Shown one piece after another: positions 8,275 to 16,115 of a DNA stretch of 22,867 nt. The stretch is from a bacterium (lineage in GTDB: Bacteria; Zhuqueibacterota; Zhuqueibacteria; Oceanimicrobiales; Oceanimicrobiaceae): contig JBHIAC010000036.1 in the NCBI GenBank assembly GCA_046758365.1, forward strand, positions 1 through 22,867. The letters are read 5' to 3'. The first letter of the stretch is position 1. Each line of letters starts with the position of its first letter. The notes beneath the pieces were generated by a model. The model was not told the DNA's origin. It did not search any database and saw only the letters and a list, made by a program, of their open reading frames with translations. Both the position numbers and the translations under genes were made by a program.

Positions 8275-8843
8275 TTCAATTCCCCGATCTGCGATAAATC
8301 ATTTATCATCTTAAAGCAATCTATCATCTGAAAATTTTTATCTCGATTGTCTAATAGATCTGCCAATCGAGTATACAGCTTTTTTCCAACCCAAACTTCA
8401 TACGGCAGTCGCGTACTTAAAAGCGGCTCTTTTTGTCGGTTTTGGGCCAAATTTAAAGCTCGTTTATAATCTTTACAAGCCTTACTGTAATTTGAATATG
8501 ACTCATGTGTTCTTTCCAAATAAGTCAGCGATCTAAAAATGAGGCAGCGTGCAGCAATATTTTGATGGGATTCCAAAGTAGTGCCTTTAATTCGCCAGAT
8601 GGTATCATAAAGATTTAAAATTTCATCAACATAAATAGTTATTAGAGATTCAAATGCTAACAACTCATTCCCACTTCTAGTATCTTCGTTTAAAAATTTC
8701 TGAAGTTCGTTATAAATTCTAACCACATCGCGTTCGAGTGCGATCATTTGTTCTTCCAATTTCATCTCTACCGGTTGCGCATGAAGTTGGCTGATGCTCC
8801 CCCATAATAAAATAAATAGATAGAAAATGTAGGAAGTTTTCAC
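8271..8843 (-). CDS. Exported hypothetical protein, about 190 aa, TPR-like helical; start re-assigned to GTG at 8843
   Basis: GTG lies 1 nt after the upstream stop with GAAGG upstream, giving signal peptide MKTSYIFYLFILLWGSISQLHA. The ORF-track start at 8939 overlaps the upstream gene by 95 nt. Confidence 0.78.
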   Translation of the reverse strand: MKTSYIFYLFILLWGSISQLHAQPVEMKLEEQMIALERDVVRIYNELQKFLNEDTRSGNELLAFESLITIYVDEILNLYDTIWRIKGTTLESHQNIAARCLIFRSLTYLERTHESYSNYSKACKDYKRALNLAQNRQKEPLLSTRLPYEVWVGKKLYTRLADLLDNRDKNFQMIDCFKMINDLSQIGELK

Positions 8844-8844
8844 T

Positions 8845-10290
8845 TTAAGTACCTTCTCTGGATGGTGAAAATTTTCGCGCATTGTTAGCGATACACTTAA
8901 TAATAGGGCGCAGCCAAAGCAAAACCGGCTGCAATCCAAAACGTTCCGCTATCTGTCGATACACTTTTGCAAAAGGTAATAATTCAGAAGCTTTTTGATA
9001 TTCCAATTGGTCACAGAGATTATTTTGTGAAAGTCCGTTAGCTTCGAGAGCAGCTTTCCAAGCTTTATCAACCATGTCAACGGCAAATTCTTTGGCCCCA
9101 ATCTCATAACCGATTTCTGAGAGCCTTAAATATAAATCTTCGTAACCATCCCACTTAAATTTCTGCTTACGACCATATCGTCCATCCCGGACTAACAGTT
9201 CTTCGCCCACGCGTTTTGCCCGGGCATAAGCATTTAACCTATTGGTTGAATCTGCAAAACTAAAATAATAATTAACAAGTCGGAATATCGCGTTACCGTA
9301 GACTTTTTTAATTTCCTTGGCAAGTGATAAGCTAATATTCGCTCCCCGATCAACCAATAAACTATACGCCTGACGTGCCTTTTCTCTGGCATATTGAAGC
9401 TCAGCATCTGGCTGACTGTTGATACCCTCCTTTTCCATAAATAATGCCACCTTAGTTAGCTCTTTTAACATCTCTGATTGCCTTTGCGTACTCTTAGCGT
9501 GTATATAAGCGAGTTCTAAAAATCGTCTAGTTTGTCGATAATTATAGTCATCTGCATAGTTATTTAAGTCTTTCTGTGCAGCAAAGCCACGTGCGCGCCA
9601 TTCATTGCCTCTTAAATTAAATTCATCCTCAACAGCTCTTTGTCGGTATATGCGAAAAAATAAACTATCCTGTTTACTTAACAATCCTTTCTCAGCCAAA
9701 TCACAAGCCAATCGGACCATAAAGCTTGTAAATAAACCGTTAGTCATAGCACTGTCAGGCGGCGTGATGGTTAATTCAACGGCTTGATTAACAAATATTT
9801 TCAATTTATCAACTAATTCCTGAGACACCACCCATTCATTTTTTGCGTATAATCCTAAAATTCCCTGCCAAGCGTGTACTAAACCATCTAAATATGAACC
9901 ATCCCTCCTTTCAATAGCGCTAAGAGATTCCATGTACCCAAAATTAAAGGCAATTTCAGGGTCTCCAAACAATTCATAACTTTTCTTTAAAGACAAAATA
10001 GCAGCATCGAGAGTTTCTAAATTTCTATCAGTGAGATACAACTGGTATTCAGCAAAGCCTTTATAGCGATAAACGCTTTTCATAACATCCGTATATCGAC
10101 ATTCCACATCAGGAACGCTCTCAGCACAACGGGTTAAAATTTGTTGGCACAGATCAACTGTTCTTTGGTGATCGTTATTTTTGTAAGCCTTCTGGATTTC
10201 TTCATATAATGAGCTTACTGGTTGACCAAATGTTACTTTCACATTTAAAATAAACAAAATAAATAGTATTCTGATACCATACTTTTTCAT
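8845..10290 (-). CDS. Exported all-helical/TPR-like hypothetical protein, 481 aa
   Basis: Signal peptide MKKYGIRILFILFILNVKVTFG, AAGGAG RBS, repeated amphipathic helices (YRYKGFAEY, LKKSYEL, VDKAWKAA). Confidence 0.8.
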   Translation of the reverse strand: MKKYGIRILFILFILNVKVTFGQPVSSLYEEIQKAYKNNDHQRTVDLCQQILTRCAESVPDVECRYTDVMKSVYRYKGFAEYQLYLTDRNLETLDAAILSLKKSYELFGDPEIAFNFGYMESLSAIERRDGSYLDGLVHAWQGILGLYAKNEWVVSQELVDKLKIFVNQAVELTITPPDSAMTNGLFTSFMVRLACDLAEKGLLSKQDSLFFRIYRQRAVEDEFNLRGNEWRARGFAAQKDLNNYADDYNYRQTRRFLELAYIHAKSTQRQSEMLKELTKVALFMEKEGINSQPDAELQYAREKARQAYSLLVDRGANISLSLAKEIKKVYGNAIFRLVNYYFSFADSTNRLNAYARAKRVGEELLVRDGRYGRKQKFKWDGYEDLYLRLSEIGYEIGAKEFAVDMVDKAWKAALEANGLSQNNLCDQLEYQKASELLPFAKVYRQIAERFGLQPVLLWLRPIIKCIANNARKFSPSREGT

Positions 10291-10305
10291 AACTAAAAGC
10301 TCCTT

Positions 10306-11310
10306 CTAATTACTTAATGATAGGGTGAGCAAACCATCCAATGCCCTTCTCAATTCCTGCAATGCAGTTTTATCACTGCGGCCACTCACTTTGATCAAAA
10401 CATGCCCATATTTTTGCCAATAGAATTCATGTTTTATTCCGTCTGAATATTTTAAAGTCAAAGTAAATCCACGCTTATTTCGTTTTAATTCCTTAGGTAT
10501 CATGCCATACCTACCTTTATAGAGTCGGTCTAATTCAGCCTGAATTTTATTCCAGAGCTTATAATCTTCAGTTCCAATGGTTGAGGATGCAGAAGTTAAT
10601 ATCTTTTCTGGGACATCAGAAATCGTTAAAGAAATATCATCTGATGAATTATACCTTTCTTTTACAGGTTCATTAAAAGTTTTATCAGTTTTCGCTTTTA
10701 AATTAATGTTAATATTATCAGAAACCGATTCCCTTTCACTGTGTTGCACCTCACCAATATCAATATCTTCTTCACTTTCGGCAAGCAATGATTCAAAGGA
10801 TTTGCTCTTTTTAATAGAAATGTTCACCTCTCCAATGTCTGCACGCCTCCGAAACTTAATTTTTGGACCTGTAATGTTTCCTAAGGGGGAATTTGAAAGA
10901 AGGAATGCCCCCAATTCATCAGAATCTAAAGCTAATTCCGCATCTTCTTCATTTTCACCAAGTAGTTCTTCTATTTCTTCAAGATTACTATTGCTTTGTT
11001 CCTGTTCATTTTCTTCTGATTTTATTTCTACAACTTCCTCCATTTTGAGGGCTGGCGGTTGTTTAATGAAGGGTTGTATTAAAGGTATGTCAATGAACTC
11101 AAAAGTAATCTTGTCTTCGTTCAAATAAAATTTTGCCATATCAAAATTTGCGGCGAGGCGAAATCCAAAAATTGCACCCAATATACTTATGACCAAAGCT
11201 TTTTCGATATTTTTTTTATATCTTAGTTTCGACTGGCCATGCAAAGTTTGCCCTGCACTTTTGCCTAAAATAAATCGCTGTAATCCGTATTTTTGTCGTT
11301 GTGAGATCAA
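10306..11310 (-). CDS. Single-pass membrane protein with TonB-like N-terminal anchor and acidic linker, unknown C-terminal domain
   Basis: Basic KLRYKK then TM ALVISILGAIFGF, Pro-containing IDIPLIQPFIKQPP, long Glu/Asp-rich linker, compact C-domain. TTG start uncertain. Confidence 0.7.
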   Translation of the reverse strand: MISQRQKYGLQRFILGKSAGQTLHGQSKLRYKKNIEKALVISILGAIFGFRLAANFDMAKFYLNEDKITFEFIDIPLIQPFIKQPPALKMEEVVEIKSEENEQEQSNSNLEEIEELLGENEEDAELALDSDELGAFLLSNSPLGNITGPKIKFRRRADIGEVNISIKKSKSFESLLAESEEDIDIGEVQHSERESVSDNININLKAKTDKTFNEPVKERYNSSDDISLTISDVPEKILTSASSTIGTEDYKLWNKIQAELDRLYKGRYGMIPKELKRNKRGFTLTLKYSDGIKHEFYWQKYGHVLIKVSGRSDKTALQELRRALDGLLTLSLSN

Positions 11311-11364
11311 TGTTGCAGTTCACATTGTGCTGGTGAATTATTTAGTTCGATATTAGTACTACAC

Positions 11365-12354
11365 TCACAAATTCGGTAAATATAAAGGTTTTTTGTGCCC
11401 AAACCGAAGTAACAAACATTCAAGCACTGATTCTGGGGCATGGTATTGCAAATTTACAAATACGCTGCTGACTCTACGAAACAAGCTTGTATCTAATCGA
11501 AGACCAAAAAGGTGTTCCTCTCCAAATTTAAGAATTAATGATTTAAATTTTGGAATTTTAGCTATGTAAATGCCTTTACCTATGTAAATTGCTTGTATTT
11601 CACCGAGGGACGGATCCTGTTCGATAAATAAAGTCAAATAATCTCCAAATACCAAATCACGTATATCAGTTGGATGAAATGTAGGCTTGTGTGTTTTGGA
11701 AATAAGCTCGTCGACTTTTTTAAACTTTCCTTTTCCCGCAGCTTCTAAAATCTCCTCTGCAAGTTCCATGACTTTTACAAATTCCGAAGAGTTGTTTGTA
11801 GGCGTAGGCGCTTTTTTAAAATCTTCTTGGTATGCAAATCGAGAAATAACTCTTGTCCAAACAGCTCGTCTGGATTCGAAGGTGGGCACAACCTCAAGGT
11901 TTAGAATTTTTACTTCATAGCGAGCTTGTTCAACTTTTGAATCTTTCACCAAATTTACATATAGTGTATAATCCCGAACTAAATTATCCGGTCTGGGAGG
12001 CCTGGAATGCAGTAACCCTAAAATATTATCTCGAGCTGTAATTTTACGGTTGCGCAATGATTGATCAATAGCGCGATATACAGCTCGTATGGAATTTTGC
12101 TCGATATCATCACTTTCATAAGCACACCCAAAGGTTTGTATATAATCGTTATTTTTATGCAACTCTTCCAAGGGTTGCTGAATGACTTTTTTCATTAAAC
12201 CCAATAGAGTGTTTCGCTCATTTTTTGCCCAACACTTCTCTTTAAACTTTTTTGACTTGAGTTGGAGAGGTTTAGGTTCTATAGTAGGTTCTATAGTAGG
12301 AGTCGCATGAATAGCTGATAAAGTAAGTAAAGTGTACAAAATAATAAATCGCAT
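11365..12354 (-). CDS. Exported hypothetical protein, 329 aa
   Basis: Signal peptide MRFIILYTLLTLSAIHA; AAAGGAG RBS; first gene of a co-oriented cluster. Confidence 0.8.
   Translation of the reverse strand: MRFIILYTLLTLSAIHATPTIEPTIEPKPLQLKSKKFKEKCWAKNERNTLLGLMKKVIQQPLEELHKNNDYIQTFGCAYESDDIEQNSIRAVYRAIDQSLRNRKITARDNILGLLHSRPPRPDNLVRDYTLYVNLVKDSKVEQARYEVKILNLEVVPTFESRRAVWTRVISRFAYQEDFKKAPTPTNNSSEFVKVMELAEEILEAAGKGKFKKVDELISKTHKPTFHPTDIRDLVFGDYLTLFIEQDPSLGEIQAIYIGKGIYIAKIPKFKSLILKFGEEHLFGLRLDTSLFRRVSSVFVNLQYHAPESVLECLLLRFGHKKPLYLPNL
12273..12300. repeat. 12-bp tandem duplication (PTIE x2) just after the signal peptide
   Basis: TAGGTTCTATAG TAGGTTCTATAG TAGG. Confidence 0.8.
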
Positions 12355-12816
12355 TTTAAGAGCAGACTCCTTTCTGTTCGATAAATCCTAATTCAGTTTT
12401 CGCTGATTCGAAGATATTTAGTGAATGGAAGAGTTTCTCATCTCAGGTTCATCTAAATATTGCAATTCATTAATCGTAATATATGAAATTAGCAAAGATA
12501 GTGCTTATATGCGTAAAATATTTTTAAAAATTTAATTTTTATGGCAAACAATCCGAAGAGTTATGCCTATCTGGCAAATATCTATCGAGTAATGGATTGA
12601 AATAATAAGTAGGTCATGAGGGTCTTTAGATTGTTCATTTAGTTGATTCGACAGATATTTCAGTAAGCTAATAGAAATTGCTGGGAGATAGAGACCATAT
12701 TTGGGGACTATCGCATAGAAGGTGCACGATATATCTACAGTGCCAATAGTAACTGATCACAGGTAGTCGATTGGATGTTTTAAGTATAATTTTTTTTCTT
12801 ATAATCATATAAAAAC

Positions 12817-12970
12817 GCCCACAAAACTGGAAATCCTACAGAAATAAGATAGAGGATTCATAGACCCTGAAAAGTTGAAGGTTCTTTGTGCTTGAAACTG
12901 CCTCGGTATTATCGTTGAACTAACGAGAATTTTTACAATTCATTTCTGTGGGAGTTCTGTTTCTGTGGCC
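12817..12970. repeat. Degenerate intergenic palindromic element
   Basis: GCCCACAAAACTGGAAATCCTACAGAAAT (12817-12845) is an imperfect inverse of ATTTCTGTGGGAGTTCTGTTTCTGTGGCC (12942-12970). Confidence 0.6.
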
Positions 12971-13084
12971 GAAAAACTGGTATTTTAAACCCTGCGATTA
13001 GCTACTAATAGAGTATAATAATTATTCGCTGCGAGACATTTTTAGGTTTGATACATATCATTAAGAGTAACGACCTCAAATTTA

Positions 13085-13765
13085 TTACTGTTCATTGAAA
13101 GCTTTTATGGCATTTTCAAGAATTTTTTTAGCCTTATCTATATCTCCAAACCCGTTACTTTCCAACTCTCCCGGTCCTTTATAGTTAACGAACCATGTCT
13201 CTATAATTGTTGTAACTCCAGGGAATTTTTGGTTCAACTCTTTCATATTACTGACGTCATAGAGAGGCGTATTAGCGAGCACAGCAATAAGCTTGTCATC
13301 TTGTTCACCACCATCCAAGAGTTTCAATACACCAATCAATTTGGCTTTTACAACGGAACCTCGTGGTACTGCGGAACCAAGAACAATAACATCCAATGGA
13401 TCACCATCACCACCCAACTCTTTTGGTAAAAGTGTCTTAGGAACCATCCCGTAATTTCCAGGATAACCAAGATAGTTGACGATCCGTGGCTTTCCTTCTT
13501 TAAAATCCCATTTAAGAGCCCTATTGGGTTTGGTCACTTCCCATTTTGCAGTAGTGCCGGCTGGAATTTCAATAACCACATTAATCGTACCATCCTCATT
13601 AATTGGTTCATAATCGGTTAGAAAATTTTTTTCACTAATTAAGGTATAATCATCTACAGCTTTGAGTCCAGGTGCTACATTTTCATAAAAATCTTTATTG
13701 TTTTCACAATTAATTGTTAAAATTGATAAAGCTAAAATTGCTACTAAAACAAGGCTCTTTTTCAT
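13085..13765 (-). CDS. ppa: Family I inorganic pyrophosphatase with lipoprotein-like signal peptide
   Basis: VVIEIP, KWE, YPGNYG, DGDPLD, DDKL, WFVNYK; N-terminus MKKSLVLVAILALSILTINC. Confidence 0.92.
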   Translation of the reverse strand: MKKSLVLVAILALSILTINCENNKDFYENVAPGLKAVDDYTLISEKNFLTDYEPINEDGTINVVIEIPAGTTAKWEVTKPNRALKWDFKEGKPRIVNYLGYPGNYGMVPKTLLPKELGGDGDPLDVIVLGSAVPRGSVVKAKLIGVLKLLDGGEQDDKLIAVLANTPLYDVSNMKELNQKFPGVTTIIETWFVNYKGPGELESNGFGDIDKAKKILENAIKAFNEQ

Positions 13766-13826
13766 AATTTTTTATAATAAATATTTTCAAAAATACCTAC
13801 TCAATGAAACCTGTCTATTTTTTAGT

Positions 13827-14945
13827 TTAAAGCAGTTCAATTAATCTGTCCATATCTTCCTTGGTATTATAAAGATAAGGTGAAATCCGGAGTGCATCCT
13901 CTCGAAGACTTACATGAACTTTTCCATCTTTCAGGCAATGAAAAGCTGCTGGCGTATCTTCAGGTTTATAAACAGCAATGGATAAAAAATTAGAACGGTG
14001 TTTTAATTCCAATGAGCTATTAATTTTATATTTATTGGAAGGGAGATTTTCAATTAAATAATCTAAAAGTGAATTACAATGTGCAAATATTTTTTCAACC
14101 CCAATATTTAAAATGAAATTTAATGAAGCCTCCATGGCAGCGTTGTTGAGAAAATTGGCCGTCTCAGGGTAATCGAATCGTGGAGCGCCATCACAAAATA
14201 TCAAGTTATATTTGAGTAAGTTGTTAAAATCCTCAGCCCCTTTGATTCTCGCCCAATTAACATCCGGGACAGAGATTTTTTCTAAAATTGATTCATTCAC
14301 ATAAACAAAACCTGAACCATAAGGACTCAACAGCCACTTGTATCCTGCTACGGCCATAATATCTATTCCCAACTCTTTTATAATTATTGGGACACCACCA
14401 ACTCCCTGAGAACCATCCACCACAAAAAAAATATTGTAACTTTTACACAATTTTCCAATGGACTTCAAATCAGCTTGGTAGCCGTTAGCGTAATTCACAA
14501 AACTCACAGCGATGACTTTTGTTTTAGGTGAAATATTCTTTTCAAAATCTTGAGGAGTAATGAATGGTCCCTGCGGTTTTATAATTTTAGTTTTTACTCC
14601 CCGCTTTTCTTGATTGAGCCATGGATAAACATTAGCGGGAAATTCTCTGTCAGCCACAAGAATCTCATCTCCCACAGTAAGCGGTAGGCCATTAGCAGCA
14701 ATATTAATCCCATGGGAAGCACCTGTTGAGAGCGCTATCTCTTCGGGTTTCGCACTAATAAGCTGGGCGGCCGCCGTTCGAACCCGTAGCGGTAGATCAA
14801 AATAAATATTATCATCAATGGTATAAGGATTTGATTTTAAACGAATTGCATTATGAATGGCTTCTACTGTAACTTTTGGAAATGGCCCTTGCGCTGCACA
14901 GTTCAAATAAACATGCTCCTCGAAATCGAAAAAGGCCTCTTTCAT
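13827..14945 (-). CDS. Aminotransferase class V PLP-dependent enzyme
   Basis: YLNCAAQGP, EFPANVYPW, VVDGSQGVG, AGYKWLLSPYGSG (PLP lysine), LRISPYLYN; no SufS/IscS catalytic Cys loop visible. Confidence 0.92.
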   Translation of the reverse strand: MKEAFFDFEEHVYLNCAAQGPFPKVTVEAIHNAIRLKSNPYTIDDNIYFDLPLRVRTAAAQLISAKPEEIALSTGASHGINIAANGLPLTVGDEILVADREFPANVYPWLNQEKRGVKTKIIKPQGPFITPQDFEKNISPKTKVIAVSFVNYANGYQADLKSIGKLCKSYNIFFVVDGSQGVGGVPIIIKELGIDIMAVAGYKWLLSPYGSGFVYVNESILEKISVPDVNWARIKGAEDFNNLLKYNLIFCDGAPRFDYPETANFLNNAAMEASLNFILNIGVEKIFAHCNSLLDYLIENLPSNKYKINSSLELKHRSNFLSIAVYKPEDTPAAFHCLKDGKVHVSLREDALRISPYLYNTKEDMDRLIELL

Positions 14946-15006
14946 AGAATTCCTTTCATTTGAAAATATTTTTATAACTGACTATTCTGCAAAAAACAAT
15001 TTAGAG

Positions 15007-15024
15007 CAAAAGCTAACCTTCTTG
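15007..15024 (+). repeat. 18-bp direct repeat, copy 1
   Basis: CAAAAGCTAACCTTCTTG, identical to 15939-15956. Confidence 0.85.
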
Positions 15025-15209
15025 TTAAATGAAATATAAAAATTCTGAATGGAGATTACAACCAAAAATAGATACCAAAACCGTCATTCGGGCAGAAACC
15101 TCGTTCAAAGTTTCATACTGTCTGGACAGCTTGACAACCTGCTAAATTTAAGAATGACAAATGTTCTTTATATATTGATAAAAATGAACCTAATTGTCTC
15201 ATTTTTAAT

Positions 15210-15226
15210 TTGGCACACACTTTGCT
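15210..15226 (+). promoter_or_regulatory. Sigma-54 (-24/-12) promoter of the Hsp20 gene
   Basis: TTGGCAC-ACACT-TTGCT matches TGGCAC-N5-TTGCW exactly, about 70 bp upstream of the start codon. Confidence 0.8.
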
Positions 15227-15297
15227 AAATTTAAGGCAGAAATTAAAAGATAAAATAAAATAAATAATAACAATCACCAAAAAGGAGGTGTTAAATC

Positions 15298-15720
15298 ATG
15301 TTAGTTAAATGGAGACCTTTTGGACCTATGTTAAATCTCGACCCTTTTTTTGAGGATGTTTTCGACAAAAACTTTCCCGTTCGTACAGCAACTTTTGAAC
15401 CTAGGATCGATGTTAAAGAGACCAAGAAAGAATATCTTATAAGCGCTGAACTTCCTGGGTTGAACAAAGATGATTTTAAATTGACTCTTGAAAACGATGT
15501 CTTGGCCATTGAAGGCGAGAAAAAGTACGAACATGAAGAAAAGGACGAGAACTACTACAGGTCTGAAAGAAGCTATGGTGCTTTTAAGCGTTCCTTCCGT
15601 TTGACCAATGAAGTCGAGAAAGATAAGATTAAGGCCGATTTCAAAAACGGAGTACTATCAATAACGATTCCAAAGGCAAAATCGGCCCAACCTAAAGCGA
15701 TTGAAATTAATGTAAGCTAA
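15298..15720 (+). CDS. Small heat-shock protein, Hsp20/alpha-crystallin family
   Basis: PRIDVKE, AELPGL, LAIEGEK, ERSYGAFKRSF, ADFKNGVLSITIPK; AAGGAGGT RBS. Confidence 0.97.
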   Translation: MLVKWRPFGPMLNLDPFFEDVFDKNFPVRTATFEPRIDVKETKKEYLISAELPGLNKDDFKLTLENDVLAIEGEKKYEHEEKDENYYRSERSYGAFKRSFRLTNEVEKDKIKADFKNGVLSITIPKAKSAQPKAIEINVS

Positions 15721-15742
15721 TAGGAAGGCGTTTAAAAGGATG

Positions 15743-15776
15743 AAAAAGCCGAGACGGTTTCGTCTCGGCTTTTTTT
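15743..15776 (+). terminator. Intrinsic terminator after Hsp20
   Basis: AAAAAGCCGAGACG-GTTT-CGTCTCGGCTTTTTTT, perfect stem plus T tract. Confidence 0.92.
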
Positions 15777-15938
15777 GTTTGTGTCCTCTAATACAAAGAT
15801 TTTAGTAGCTCTTTAGCCAACTGAATATACATATATTACGCTGTTACAAACAGTGTAAGATCTTAAGCAGATTACTTACTTAGAAACTGTGTCAAGGCGC
15901 TGACCTTTTTCAAAAGCTGAGTGTCTTTTTACACCAAT

Positions 15939-15956
15939 CAAAAGCTAACCTTCTTG
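15939..15956 (+). repeat. 18-bp direct repeat, copy 2
   Basis: CAAAAGCTAACCTTCTTG; here it forms the left arm of a hairpin. Confidence 0.85.
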
Positions 15957-15975
15957 CAGAAGGTCAGCTTTTTTT
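15940..15975 (+). terminator. Terminator-like hairpin 140 bp upstream of the FliF-FliG gene
   Basis: AAAAGCTAACCTTCT-TGC-AGAAGGTCAGCTTTTTTT, one mismatch, T tract. Confidence 0.7.
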
Positions 15976-16115
15976 AGAAGGAACAAACATATTGTGTATG
16001 TACAATCCTGTATATTAATTTTTATTTAAAGGATCTATTTGTATTAAGTATTCTGTAAAATTTCCGATGATTATGAAAATGCTGAATTGAGCTTTTAATT
16101 TTTGCAGAAGTAAAG

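Noticed and set aside
8844..8939. N-terminal extension of the 222-aa ORF
   Set aside because: Overlaps the upstream gene; GTG at 8843 gives a clean signal peptide.
12491..12507. Sigma-54 promoter on the minus strand for the unknown cluster (AAGCAC-N5-TTGCT)
   Set aside because: Lacks the invariant GG at -24.
13827..14945. sufS/iscS cysteine desulfurase
   Set aside because: No catalytic Cys motif (RxGHHC or SSGSAC) in the C-terminal region.
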